This document shows, in pieces, positions 39,316 to 49,703 of a stretch of 64,000 nt of DNA; position 1 is the stretch's first letter, and each line of letters begins with the position of its first letter. The position numbers and the translations under genes are program-made. The notes beneath the pieces are model-generated. The model was not told the origin of the DNA, ran no database searches, and worked only from the letters and a program-made list of their open reading frames with translations. Source of the DNA: an uncultured Chloroflexia bacterium (GTDB lineage: Bacteria; Chloroflexota; Limnocylindria; Limnocylindrales; CSP1-4); contig CAVUGM010000006.1 of assembly GCA_963741085.1 (NCBI GenBank), forward strand, positions 565,822-629,821, read 5' to 3'.

Positions 39316-40359
39316 ATGCGAGCAGGCGTCTTCAACGGACCGCGCCGGATCGACGTCGGCGAGCGCCCCGACCCAGTGATCACCGCCCCGACGGACGCCG
39401 TCGTGCGGGTCGTCCTCGGGTGCGTCTGCGGCTCGGACCTGTGGTACTTCCGCGGCGAGTCGCCCCACGCGCTCGGCCCGATCGGGCACGAGTTCATCGG
39501 CGTGGTCACGGACGTCGGGTCGGCCGTCACGGTGCTCGCCGCGGGCAACCTCGTCGTCGCCCCCTTCACGTTCAGCGACGGCACCTGCCCGCACTGCCTG
39601 GCGGGCTGGCCGTCGAACTGCGCCAACGGAGGCTCGTTCGGAAACCACGGCGTCGACGGCGGCCAGGGCGAGGCCGTCCGGGTCCCCTTCGCGGACGCGA
39701 CCCTCGTCAAGGTTCCCGGTGGCGGCCACTCGGATGCGACGCTGCGCTCGCTCGTGGCACTCTCCGACGTCATGTGCACCGGCCACCACGCGGCCGTCAG
39801 CGCCGGGGTGAAGCCGGGCGACACGGTGGCGGTCGTGGGCGACGGCGCGGTCGGACTGTGCGCGATGATCGCGGCGAGGCGCCTGGGCGCGGGGCGGATC
39901 ATCGCCCTGTCGCGGAACCCCGCCCGTCAGGCGCTGGCACGGGAGTTCGGCGCGACGGACCTCGTCGCCGAGCGCGGCGATGCCGGGACCGAGGTCGTCA
40001 TGGCGATGACCGATGGCATCGGCGTCGACGCCGCCCTCGAGTGCGTGGCGACCGGCCAGTCGCTGACGACGGCGTTCGCGGTCGGCCGTCCAGGCAGCAT
40101 CGTCGGCGCAGTCGGGGCCCCACACGACGTGCAGGTGCCGATCAACACCGTCATCTTCCGCAACGTCGGCCTGCGGGGTGGCGTGGCCCCGGTCCGGCGG
40201 TACATTCCCGAGCTCCTTGACGATGTCCTTTCGGGGCGCATCAACCCCGGCCGCGTCTTCGACTTCGAGACCGACCTCGAGCACGTCGCCGATGGCTACC
40301 GGGCGATGGACGAGCGTCGGGCGGTCAAGTCGCTGGTGAGGGTCAGCGCAACCGGCTGA
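39316..40359 (+). CDS. Zinc-dependent alcohol dehydrogenase (MDR superfamily)
   Basis: VVLGCVCGSDLWYFRG; GHEFIGVV (catalytic Zn); CPHCLAGWPSNC (structural Zn, 4 Cys); VAVVGDGAVGLCAMIAARRLGAGRIIAL (Rossmann). Start chosen at MRAGVFNGP. Confidence 0.85.
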   Translation: MRAGVFNGPRRIDVGERPDPVITAPTDAVVRVVLGCVCGSDLWYFRGESPHALGPIGHEFIGVVTDVGSAVTVLAAGNLVVAPFTFSDGTCPHCLAGWPSNCANGGSFGNHGVDGGQGEAVRVPFADATLVKVPGGGHSDATLRSLVALSDVMCTGHHAAVSAGVKPGDTVAVVGDGAVGLCAMIAARRLGAGRIIALSRNPARQALAREFGATDLVAERGDAGTEVVMAMTDGIGVDAALECVATGQSLTTAFAVGRPGSIVGAVGAPHDVQVPINTVIFRNVGLRGGVAPVRRYIPELLDDVLSGRINPGRVFDFETDLEHVADGYRAMDERRAVKSLVRVSATG

Positions 40360-40474
40360 GCCGGCCGAGACGGGAGACCCAATTCGGCAGCCCCGCAGGC
40401 GCACAGGCTGCGCCTGGTCGACAATCTGACCGCGGCGCACTCAGCAACTCGAGCGAGGACGATCGGGATCCACC

Positions 40475-40650
40475 GTGGCGCAACGAACATGGCTCATCAC
40501 TGGCGTCAGCAGCGGCCTCGGTCGCCACCTGACCGAGCGGCTCCTCGGGCGTGGCGATCGCGTCGTCGGCAAGGTCCGGGACGCCCGCAAGGTCAGGGAC
40601 CTGGCCCTGAGGAACGCCGCCGGGACTGCACTGCTGACACGGGAGGAGCC
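40475..40650 (+). pseudogene. Short-chain dehydrogenase/reductase N-terminal remnant
   Basis: MAQRTWLITGVSSGLGRHLTERLLGRGDRVVGKVRDARKVRDL is a classic SDR TGxxxGxG N-terminus. It is followed within ~55 codons by the cupin gene in another frame, with no SDR catalytic region present. Confidence 0.4.
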
Positions 40651-40654
40651 TTCA

Positions 40655-41067
40655 TGCACAAGCTGCCCAAGCAGCCCACCCTCAAGGCGCCGGCCGAGAC
40701 TTTCACGGGAGACGCGTGGTACGACGTCATCGCCAGGGGCGAGGCGCCGTCCCGCGTCCGCGTCAACGTGGTCCGGTTCGCGCCCGGTGCCCGGAACGCC
40801 TGGCACGCGCACGCCATCGGCCAGACGGTCCACGTCACCGAAGGCGTCGGGCGCATCCAGGCTCGTGGCGGCTCGGTCGTCGAGATCCGCTCTGGTGACA
40901 CGATCTACACGCCGCCCGGCGAATGGCACTGGCATGGCGCGGCACAGGACCACTTCATGACCCATCTCGCCATCTGGGAGGCGCCCGCCGAGGGCCCCGA
41001 GAGCGAGTGGGGCGAGCAGGTCACCGACGCAGAGTACCTGGCGCAGCCAGCTGAGCCAATCCGATGA
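40655..41067 (+). CDS. Cupin-domain protein
   Basis: VVRFAPGARNAWHAHAIGQTVHVTEGVGRIQARGGSVVEIRSGDTIYTPPGEWHWHGA (two-His cupin motifs). Confidence 0.75.
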
Positions 41068-41456
41068 CCGCCTGGACCGCCGACGAGCTCGCCCGGATCG
41101 GCCGGTCCGACGAGCTCCAGGTCAGCTCGCGGCGTCCCGACGGCAGCCTTAGGCCGTACGTCACGATCTGGGTGGCTCGCCTCGCAGACGACCTCTATAT
41201 CCGCTCGGCGTACGGGCCCGACAACGGGTGGTTCCGGCGCGCGAAGGCATCTGGCGCGGGCCGTGTCCGCGCCGGCGGCGTAGAGCGCGACGTGGTGTTC
41301 GAGGAGGCCGGACCCTCCGTCGACGCGGACCTGCACGCGGCATACCACGCCAAGTACGACCGATATGGAGCCCGGATCGTCGGGACCGTAGTATCTCCCG
41401 AGGCCGCGAGAGCCACGCTCCGTCTCCTGCCACGAGAGACCGACCCAACCCGGTGA
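41064..41456 (+). CDS. DUF2255-family protein
   Basis: WTADELARIGRSDELQVSSRRPDGSLRPYVTIWVARLADDLYIRSAYGPDNGWFRRAKASG. Start overlaps the cupin stop. Confidence 0.6.
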   Translation: MTAWTADELARIGRSDELQVSSRRPDGSLRPYVTIWVARLADDLYIRSAYGPDNGWFRRAKASGAGRVRAGGVERDVVFEEAGPSVDADLHAAYHAKYDRYGARIVGTVVSPEAARATLRLLPRETDPTR

Positions 41457-41716
41457 CTGCTGACCGCGAGACGAAGAGGCGATGATCGTCCGGGGGTGAT
41501 GGCCCGACCAGCACCGGGCACCCGCATGCCATTGCGTGGTGCCTGCCGGCACCACTTTGGACGGTTTGGGACGCACGGCCCTGTCGCTCATCTCGGGTCG
41601 GAGCGTAGAAGACACCTACGGCGGAAGGCGCTGACACACGGTCCACACTCTGGTCGCCGGGACCGTGTCGAGCCACTGGCGAACCCGACCCGCCCAAGGC
41701 GTCCCTGGGAGGATCG

Positions 41717-42559
41717 ATGCGCGCCAGACTCCTGTCTCTCACGATGGCCGCCCTGCTGGCGGCCTTCGTCGCCGCTCCGGCGGGCGCCGTCACGAACGGC
41801 ACGCCCGACGGGAACAACCATCCGTATGTCGGCTTGATCATCTTCGACACGCTCGTCAACGGCGTGCCGACGCCGACGTGGCGCTGCAGTGGCGCGCTGC
41901 TCTCGCCGACTGTCGTCCTGACCGCCGCTCACTGCACCGACGGCGCGGTCGCCGCCCGGGCGTGGTTCCAGCCCGACATGACGTATACGGCGGTGCCGTA
42001 CCCGCTCTATCCATTCGGCGGCCCCGGCAGCGGAGCGTTCGAGGGCAGCCCGAACGTCTATCCCGGGTACGCGAGCCCCTTCGCCAACGGCCTGCCGGGC
42101 TTCTCCTTTGGTGACATCGGCGTCGTCGTCCTGAGCGAGCCGGTGCCCGTGAGCCAGGTGGCGGTCTACGCCAAGCTCCCGACCGCCGGGACCGTCGATG
42201 GCCTCCCGAACAAGGCGGCCCTCGACTACGTCGGGTACGGCGTCCAGTACCAGGTCCAGTCCCCGGGTGTTAAGCCGTTCGACCGGTGGGCCGGCCCTCG
42301 GATCCGCAACTACGCGCCGGGTCAGCTGGTCCCGGGGAGCTTCAAGGGCAGCGAGAACCTCATCAAGGTCACGATGAACCCGGGCGCCGGCAAGGGTGGG
42401 ACGTGCTTCGGTGACTCGGGTGGCCCCGACCTGCTCGGTGGCACGAGCACCGTGCTCGCCGTCAACTCGTTTGTCACGAACTCGAACTGCAGCGGCGTCG
42501 GCTACGACACCCGTGTCGACGTCCAAGCGCGGCTCGACTGGATCAAGTCGTTCCACTGA
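41717..42559 (+). CDS. Secreted trypsin-like serine protease (S1 family)
   Basis: Signal peptide MRARLLSLTMAALLAAFVAAPAGA; LTAAHC (His); GDIGVVVL (Asp region); CFGDSGGP (Ser). Confidence 0.8.
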   Translation: MRARLLSLTMAALLAAFVAAPAGAVTNGTPDGNNHPYVGLIIFDTLVNGVPTPTWRCSGALLSPTVVLTAAHCTDGAVAARAWFQPDMTYTAVPYPLYPFGGPGSGAFEGSPNVYPGYASPFANGLPGFSFGDIGVVVLSEPVPVSQVAVYAKLPTAGTVDGLPNKAALDYVGYGVQYQVQSPGVKPFDRWAGPRIRNYAPGQLVPGSFKGSENLIKVTMNPGAGKGGTCFGDSGGPDLLGGTSTVLAVNSFVTNSNCSGVGYDTRVDVQARLDWIKSFH

Positions 42560-42887
42560 GCCGACCGCCTGCACCTTCGTCGATTCCGCGGAGGTGATCT
42601 CGTTCACCTCGACCGGAGCCGTTGTCTGCCGGTAGCGGATCCCGGAGCTGCGAAAGCGTGAAAGCCCGGTCGACGACCGGGCTTTCCGTCCATTGCGGCC
42701 GGCGCAGGTGTGATGGAACCCGGCCCGCCGGATCGGCGTGTCAGCGTCGGTCCGGCCCCGGTTCACCGACCGGGCTACGCCCACCAACGAGGGGTCCGGC
42801 GTCCAGCCCGGGAGGTTCGTCACGGATCAGCAGGCCCGTTGAAGGTTGGTCGTGGCTGATCTTCTGGACGCCGCAGTCACGCGCCCG

Positions 42888-43145
42888 TCACGGCTTGGGG
42901 CGCCCGCGGAACGCACCCCACGACCACCCATTGCCGCTCGTCACGGTCGCGACCACCCCATAGGCGATGATCGCGCCTACCAGGACGACGATGCCCAGGG
43001 GTGTCCGAAGACCGACGAAGAAGGCGTCAGCGAGGACGACCACGACCAGGGCGAGGGCGACCAGCCGTCCCTGCCACGTGACAGGTCGAGCGAGACCGGG
43101 AACGACCAGCCTCTCGCCGAACCAGGCGTCCCCTTCATGGTTCAC
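42888..43145 (-). CDS. Hypothetical small membrane protein (~85 aa)
   Basis: Two hydrophobic segments (LVALALVVVVLADAFFVGL; GIVVLVGAIIAYGVVATV). Weak evidence. Confidence 0.3.
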   Translation of the reverse strand: MNHEGDAWFGERLVVPGLARPVTWQGRLVALALVVVVLADAFFVGLRTPLGIVVLVGAIIAYGVVATVTSGNGWSWGAFRGRPKP

Positions 43146-43295
43146 CCCCAGCTCAGCCAGCTAGCACGGATCTTACGCCTCCAAACCGGGCTGGCTGTAC
43201 GTGCGGGGGATCCAGCCAGCTTCTGGCGCGGCGCGGCACTCCGAGGCGAAGCGCGTTCGACGGACTGACCGGGCAGAACGGCCATACTGGGCACG

Positions 43296-43820
43296 ATGAC
43301 CGAGGCACACGAACCGGTCCGTCGCTTCTACGCCGATTGGACGCAGTACCAGTCACGGCTCGTCGAGGCGGTGCGCGACCTGACCACGGACCAGCTGGCG
43401 ATCAGCGCCGGTCCGGATCACTCGCCGGTCTGGGCCCTTGCGGCGCACTGCGCCGGCGTGCGGGTCTACTGGCTGTGTGGCGTGCTGGGTGAGCCCGGCG
43501 CCGAGGCGACGCCGTTCCCCGACCCGTTCGCCGAGCTCGGCTGGGAGGACGACCTCGCCCATCCGCGGTCGGCCGCGGAGCTGGTCATCGCCCTCGAGAC
43601 GACGGGCGCGATCATCGATCGCTGCCTGGACACTTGGACCTCGGACATGCTCGGGGTCGAGTTCGAGCGGTGGCGCGGTGACGTCCGCCAGATCCACACA
43701 CGCCGGTCCATCCTGATGCGACTGCTGAGCCACGACGCGTTCCACAGCGGCGAGATCTCCCAGCTTCTGGGTGCGCGCGGCCTGCCGGCGATCGATCTCT
43801 GGGCCCACCGGACCACCTGA
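43296..43820 (+). CDS. DinB-family (DinB_2/DUF664) four-helix-bundle metalloprotein
   Basis: YADWTQYQSRLVEAVRDLTTDQL...WALAAHCAGVRVYW...RRSILMRLLSHDAFHSGEISQLLG. Confidence 0.7.
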   Translation: MTEAHEPVRRFYADWTQYQSRLVEAVRDLTTDQLAISAGPDHSPVWALAAHCAGVRVYWLCGVLGEPGAEATPFPDPFAELGWEDDLAHPRSAAELVIALETTGAIIDRCLDTWTSDMLGVEFERWRGDVRQIHTRRSILMRLLSHDAFHSGEISQLLGARGLPAIDLWAHRTT

Positions 43821-44061
43821 CCGGCGGCCTCACTGGAGTCGCCGTCGTGATTCGACACCGGCACTTCCGCAGGGATGGCCGCGGCGCGATCGCGGCCACA
43901 CCCCCGGTGCACGTTGAGTCCGTCCGCTATTCGCGCGCCGACCAGTGGAACGGGTCCCACACCGGCGTGCAGGACAGAGTTGACCCTGGTCGGAGCTGGG
44001 TAGTACGGTCAGGTTGCTGCCCGTCAGGCGCGGCAGGTTCGACGAGCGAGGTGGGGATCAT

Positions 44062-46024
44062 GGAACGGAGACTCGTGGCGGTTGGTGCCGCCCTCGTTCT
44101 GGTGCTGGCCGGGCTGATTCCGGCAACGGCGCTCGCCGCGCCTCCGCCCTCCGGGGCGACGCGCCAGATCCCCGCCGGGGGGACGACGAGCATTCGCTCG
44201 ACCGTGCAGGGGGTTGACGGACTGCAGCAGCCCGAGCTCCGGCCTGGGTCGGCCGAGGCGGACGGCGGCGCGGTCGTCAACCGGCCGCGCCCCGGCTTCA
44301 AGAACGGCAAGTTCCCGAAGCATCCCGCTCGACGCGCCGATCGTGCCGTCGAGCACGGTTGCCAGCTCGAACCCCGAGGTGGCCTTCAGCTTCGACGGAC
44401 TCAACCACCGCGACCAGCGGCTGGCCAACGGCGGCAACCAGTGGTCCCTCGAGCCGCCGGACCAGGGCCTGTGCGTCGGCAACGGCTACACCGTCGAGAC
44501 CGTCAACAGCGTCATCCGCGTCTACTCCACCACCGACGGCGCTCCGCTGACGGGTGTCGAGGATCTCAACACGTTCTTCGGCTATCCGGCCGCGATCGAC
44601 CGCTCGACCGGGGTCGTGGGTCCGAACGTGATCGATCCGCAGTGCTACTACGACCCGGACAACCAGCGGTTCGTGGTCGACATCACGACGCTCCTCGGCG
44701 ACGCGGCCGGCAACTACAACGGCAAGAACACGATCGACGTCGCCGTCTCGAACACCGGCGACCCGACCGGCGCCTGGACGATCTACCACGTGCCCGCCCA
44801 GAACGACGGCACCGACGGGACACCCGAACCACGGCTGCACGCTCGACGGCACGACGCCCGGCCCGTGCTTCCAGGACTACCCGCACATCGGTGGCGACCA
44901 GAACGGCGTCTACATCACGACCAACGAGTACGACCTGTTCGGACCGAACTTCAACGCGGCGCAGGTCTTCGCGTTCTCGAAGGCCCAGCTCGCCGCCCAC
45001 CCGGCCTCGATCGCGATGACGCTGGTCCAGAACCTGAGCGTCGACGGCTCGCCCGGCTTCACCGTGTGGCCGGCGACGTCGCCGGCCGGCCAGTACGCCA
45101 GCGACGCGCAACGGGACCGAGTACTTCCTGAGCACGATCGCGGGCGACGGCTCCGAGACGGGCAACCCGACCGGGACCGCCCGGCGGATCGGCCTGTGGG
45201 CGCTGACGAACACGAAGTCGCTCGACTCCGCGTCGCCGGCGCTGGCGGTCACGAGCCGGCTCATCAACAGCGAGACCTACGTCTATCCCCCGAGGTCGGA
45301 CCAGAAGGCCGGATCGACGCCGCTCGCGGACTGCATCAACGACACGACGATACCCACGCCCTTCGGGCCCGGCTGCTGGCAGATCCTCTTCAACCCGCCG
45401 GCTCCGGCCCATGACGAGGTCGAGGTCCACGTCGACTCGAACGACGGCCGGATGCAGCAGACCTGGTACGTGAACGGCACGCTCTGGGGCTCCACGGACA
45501 CGGCGGTCAACGTCGGCGGCGAGATGCGTGCCGGTATCGCCTGGTTCGCAGTGGCCCCGAAGATCAACGGTGCCGGCATGGTCGAGGGCCAGGTGAAGAA
45601 CCAGGGCTATCTCGCCCTGGCCGGCAACAACCTCACCTACCCGGCGCTGGCGATGGGCACGAACGGGAAGGGCGCGATCGCCTTCACCGTCCTCGGCACG
45701 GACTACTTCCCGAGTGCCGGCTACGCGCCGATCAACGCCGACGGGACCGTCGGCCAGGTCCACGTCGCGGCCGCCGGACTCGGGCCCGATGACGGCTTCA
45801 CCGGCTACAACGCCTTCCAGTACTTCCGTCCCCGCTGGGGCGACTACGGCGCGGCCGTCACCGACGGCAGCTCGATCTGGATCGCCTCCGAGTACATCGG
45901 ACAGACCTGCACCCTCGCCCAGTACTACCCGAGCCCGCCCAGCCTGGCCGGGTTCGGCAGTTGCGGCGGCACCCGCACGTCGCTCGCCAACTGGGACACG
46001 CGCATCACCAAGCTGAACCCCTGA
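44062..46024 (+). CDS. Large secreted hypothetical protein (~650 aa); at least 3 frameshifts
   Basis: Signal peptide MERRLVAVGAALVLVLAGLIPATALA. Protein-like blocks continue through three frames (VAFSFDGLNHRDQRLANGGNQWSLEPPDQGLCVGNGYTVETVNSV...; NHGCTLDGTTPGPCFQDYPHIGGDQNGVYITTNEYDLFGPNF...; GTEYFLSTIAGDGSETGNPTG...WYVNGTLWGSTDTAVNVGG...RWGDYGAAVTDGSSIWIASEYIG). No family assigned. Confidence 0.55.
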
Positions 46025-46134
46025 CGGTCCACGGTCGTTCCGCGGGCAGCCTCGAGGACGGGAGCCACCCTGGCTCCCGTCCTCGCCTTTGGGACCCGGC
46101 TGGATCGATCAGCCATCACGCCGGACGTCGGCCT

Positions 46135-46765
46135 TCAGACGCCGACGGGCTCCCGCACCAGCACGACCGTCGTTCGGCCAGGGCGGGCCTCGAGGTAGGT
46201 GATCAGCAGCTTGGCAATGCGCGTGCCCACGCCGAGCTGCTCCCGAAGGCGCGCATCCTCGTATGGCAGGACGTGCTCGCTGACCCTGCGCAGCGCCGTC
46301 GCGAGGTCGGGGACGATCTTCTGGCTCCCGACGACAAGGATCACGCGGCCGGCACTGGCGGCGTACGGCCCGATCTGGCTGCCCGAGTAGCTGGCCGTCA
46401 CCAGCGCGCCGTCAAGTGTCACGGCCTGGACGCTGCCGAGCATGATGTCCGGGGCCGCCATCAGCTTTCGGATCTCCCGGGCCTGCGTGGCGCGGTCCAT
46501 CGCCATCGACCTGGGGCGAACCGGGTCGTAGCGCTCGGTGTCCGACAGGCTGGCGGTGATGCCGAGATCGTCCAGCGTCTTCGACTTCGCCCAGTGGACC
46601 TCGGAACCCCCGGGAACGAGGGCGAGCACCGTGTCGCGGGCTTCCCCGGCGGTGTCGACCACGACGGCTTCGATGTTGTTGGCGGCGAGGGCCGCGGCGA
46701 CGGCCGCGACGGTATCGTCGGAGGCCCGCTCCGCGTACGTCTTCGTGAGAGTCTCGATCGACATG
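46135..46765 (-). CDS. LUD-domain (DUF162, LutC/YkgG-like) protein
   Basis: MSIETLTKTYAERASDDTVAAVAAALAANNIEAVVVDTAGEARDTVLALVPGGSEVH...LGSVQAVTLDGALV...GRVILVVGSQKIVPDLATALRRVSEHVLPYED. Confidence 0.7.
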
Positions 46766-46916
46766 GTGCCGTCCTTCCAAGGTAGTTGCTGGCGCAACTA
46801 TAGTGCGTCGTCGCTCGAACCGCGCCGACGCTGGACTGCGACCGGACGTCACGCGTGAAGACCGGGTGCTCGGCCCATAATCTGGGCTCGAGGACGTGCG
46901 CCTGCAGGGACGCGAG

Positions 46917-49703
46917 ATGACCGACCAGACACGCGTGGCGCTTGACGTGAACGGGATTCCGCGCACCGTCGTCGTGCCGTCCAGCGCACGGCTCCTCGAC
47001 CTCCTTCGCGATGGCCTGGGCCTGACCGGGACGAAGGAAGGCTGCGAGGACGGCACCTGCGGAACGTGCGTCGTGATGGTCGACGGGAAGATGGCGCGAA
47101 GCTGCCGGACGCCGGCCATCGAGGTCACCGGCAAGGATGTCGTGACCATCGAGGGGCTCGGGACGCCGGACCGGCCGCACCCCCTGCAGGAGGCCTTCGT
47201 GGCCGCCGATGCCGTCCAGTGCGGCTTCTGCACACCCGGGATGATCATGGCGGCCGCGGCGCTTCTCGAGCGCAATCCGCGCCCCCGCCGGCCCGAGATC
47301 GTGCGCTGGCTGGGGAGCAACCTCTGTCGGTGCACGGGCTACAACGCCATCGTCGATGCGATCGAATTCTCGGCCGGCGGCCGCCAGGGATCCCCGCGGC
47401 AGTGGCCGTGGTCCACCGGGGTCGGCGGCGAGCCGGCAGCGACCGCCGACACCGGACACGTGCGCGCCGAAGCCCTCGCCAAGGCGACGGGCCGCGCGAT
47501 GTACGCCGCCGATCTCGCTGTCCCGGGGATGCTCCATGGCCGGACCCTGCGGAGCCCGCATCACCACGCCGACATCACGCGCATGGACACCGAAGTCGCG
47601 CTCGGGCTGCCGGGCGTGGTGGCGGTCCTGACCGCGCGCGACGTACCGGGTGAGAACAGCTACGGGCGGAAGCTGAAGGATCAGCCGGTCCTTGCACTGG
47701 CAAGGGTTCGCCAGGTTGGCGATCCGGTGGCGCTCGTGGTCGCCACCTCGCCGGAGGTCGCCGCCGAGGCGCTCGCCCTGATCGACGTCGAGTACCGGGT
47801 CCTGCCCTCCGTGCTCACTCCCGACGAGGCGCTCGAGGACGGCGCGCCCTCGATCCATCCGGACGGCAACCTGCTGGCCGAGAACTGGCTCCGCTCGGGC
47901 GACCTTGTCGCGGGGTTCGCCCGCGCCGACGTGGTCGTGGAGGCCACGTACTCGACGCCCTGGAACGAACATGCCTATCTCGAGCCCGAGGCGGCGCTGG
48001 CCGAGTGGGACGGCGACACGCTGGTGATCAGGACGGCGACGCAGTACAGCCACTACCAGCGGGCCGAGGTGGCCCGCACGCTGGGCCTGCCAGCCGAGCG
48101 CGTGCGGGTGATCCCCACCGTGGTCGGGGGTGCGTTCGGTGGCAAGACGGAGATCTCGTGCCAGTGCCTGGCGGCCCTTGCGGCGTATCGCACGGGCCGC
48201 CCCGTGAAGATCGTCTACGGCCGCGCCGAGTCGTTCATCTCCACGACGAAGCGCCACCCGTACCGGATCCGCGTCAGGGCAGGGGCCACCCGCGAAGGCG
48301 ATCTCATGGGCCTGCAGGTCGACATGCTCGCCGACACCGGCGCGTACGCCTCGTTCGGCCCCGGGCTCATGGTGAAGACGTTCGCCTCGGCCGCGGGCCC
48401 GTACCGCTGGTCTGCCGTGGAGCTCCACGGGCGGGTTGTCTTCACGAACAACCCGACGGCGGGCGCCATGCGCGGCCCCGGCACGACCCAGGTGGTATTC
48501 GCCCTCGAATCGCACCTGGACCAGCTGGCGACGAGCCTCGGGATGGACCCGCTCGAGCTTCGCCGGCGAAACGCCCTGCGCGCGGGAGACCGGCTCCTCT
48601 CGGGCGAGGTCCTTGCCACGGATCCGCCGTACGTCGCAACGCTCGACGCGGTGCGCCCGCACTGGGCGGAGGCGGTGGACCGGTGCACCGCCTCCTTCGA
48701 CCGCGCTGGGACGCGCCGTCGCGGCGTCGGCGTGGCCTCGATCTGGTACGGGATCGGCGGCGGGGGCGGCGGCCCGACGCCCGGCCAGGACCCGACCCTC
48801 ACCGTGGGCCGTGGGCCGGGACGCGCGGCACTCGACCTGCTGCAGGACGGTTCGATCGTGCTCCGGACCGGCGCTATCGACCTGGGGCAGGGGAGCGCGA
48901 CGGCCCTCCGCCTCGTCGCCGCCTCCGAGCTCGGCGTGGCGCCGGACGGCGTGACGGTCATCTGCGGGGACACCGGGACCTGCCCTGACGCCGGCCCCTC
49001 GGTCGGAAGCCGGGTCACGTTCTTCGTCGGCAACGCCGTCCGGAACGCGGCCGCCGACCTCCGCGAGGCGATCCTTGGCACGGCGGGCGGCCTGCTGGCG
49101 GCACCCGTACGGGACCTGGAGATCCACGAAGGGAACGTGACGCTGCGGGACGACGGCCGGCCCGGAGTCGCCCTGGCGGACGTCGCCCGCGCGAGGGCGG
49201 AGGCCGGGCTCTCGACGACATTCGACGGCTATTTCGACGCCGATGTCCCTGCGTACGCGGTGAGCCCGGAGCGCGGCGAGCCGTACGCTCTGTACGTCAG
49301 CGCCACCCAGGTGGCCGAGGTCGAGGTCGACACGGCCACGGGCGTCGTCCGGGTCGTGCGCGTGGTCGCCGCCCACGACGTCGGGAGGCCGGCCTTTCCC
49401 GAGGGCCTCGTGGGGCAGGTCGAGGGCGGGATCGCGATGGGGATCGGCTTCGCCCTGAGCGAGGAGTTCGTGCCCGGCGAGACCACCGGCTTCGGGCAGT
49501 ACCGGATCCCGAGGACGCGGGACATGCCGGAGATGGTCACGCTCCTCGTCGGCGGCAGCGCAGACGGGCCGCCCGAGGTCCAGCTCAAGGGCGTGGCCGA
49601 GTGCTCCAACATGGCCGTCGCGCCGGCCATCGCGAACGCGCTTGCACACGCGACCGGCGAGCGCGTCCGTCACCTGCCGCTGCGCCTTGCCGGGAGGGGA
49701 TGA
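46917..49703 (+). CDS. Xanthine-dehydrogenase-family molybdoenzyme: fused [2Fe-2S] (CoxS-like) plus molybdopterin-binding (CoxL-like) subunit, intact
   Basis: N-terminus CEDGTCGTCVVMVDG...CGFCTPGMIMAAAALL...CRCTGY (two 2Fe-2S clusters). Then Ald_Xan_dh_C blocks: RLKGEALAKATGRAMYAADL, GGAFGGK, ...GQVEGGIAMGIGFAL...E (active-site Glu region). 2.8 kb with no frame disruption. No FAD/CoxM-like subunit adjacent. Confidence 0.85.
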   Translation: MTDQTRVALDVNGIPRTVVVPSSARLLDLLRDGLGLTGTKEGCEDGTCGTCVVMVDGKMARSCRTPAIEVTGKDVVTIEGLGTPDRPHPLQEAFVAADAVQCGFCTPGMIMAAAALLERNPRPRRPEIVRWLGSNLCRCTGYNAIVDAIEFSAGGRQGSPRQWPWSTGVGGEPAATADTGHVRAEALAKATGRAMYAADLAVPGMLHGRTLRSPHHHADITRMDTEVALGLPGVVAVLTARDVPGENSYGRKLKDQPVLALARVRQVGDPVALVVATSPEVAAEALALIDVEYRVLPSVLTPDEALEDGAPSIHPDGNLLAENWLRSGDLVAGFARADVVVEATYSTPWNEHAYLEPEAALAEWDGDTLVIRTATQYSHYQRAEVARTLGLPAERVRVIPTVVGGAFGGKTEISCQCLAALAAYRTGRPVKIVYGRAESFISTTKRHPYRIRVRAGATREGDLMGLQVDMLADTGAYASFGPGLMVKTFASAAGPYRWSAVELHGRVVFTNNPTAGAMRGPGTTQVVFALESHLDQLATSLGMDPLELRRRNALRAGDRLLSGEVLATDPPYVATLDAVRPHWAEAVDRCTASFDRAGTRRRGVGVASIWYGIGGGGGGPTPGQDPTLTVGRGPGRAALDLLQDGSIVLRTGAIDLGQGSATALRLVAASELGVAPDGVTVICGDTGTCPDAGPSVGSRVTFFVGNAVRNAAADLREAILGTAGGLLAAPVRDLEIHEGNVTLRDDGRPGVALADVARARAEAGLSTTFDGYFDADVPAYAVSPERGEPYALYVSATQVAEVEVDTATGVVRVVRVVAAHDVGRPAFPEGLVGQVEGGIAMGIGFALSEEFVPGETTGFGQYRIPRTRDMPEMVTLLVGGSADGPPEVQLKGVAECSNMAVAPAIANALAHATGERVRHLPLRLAGRG

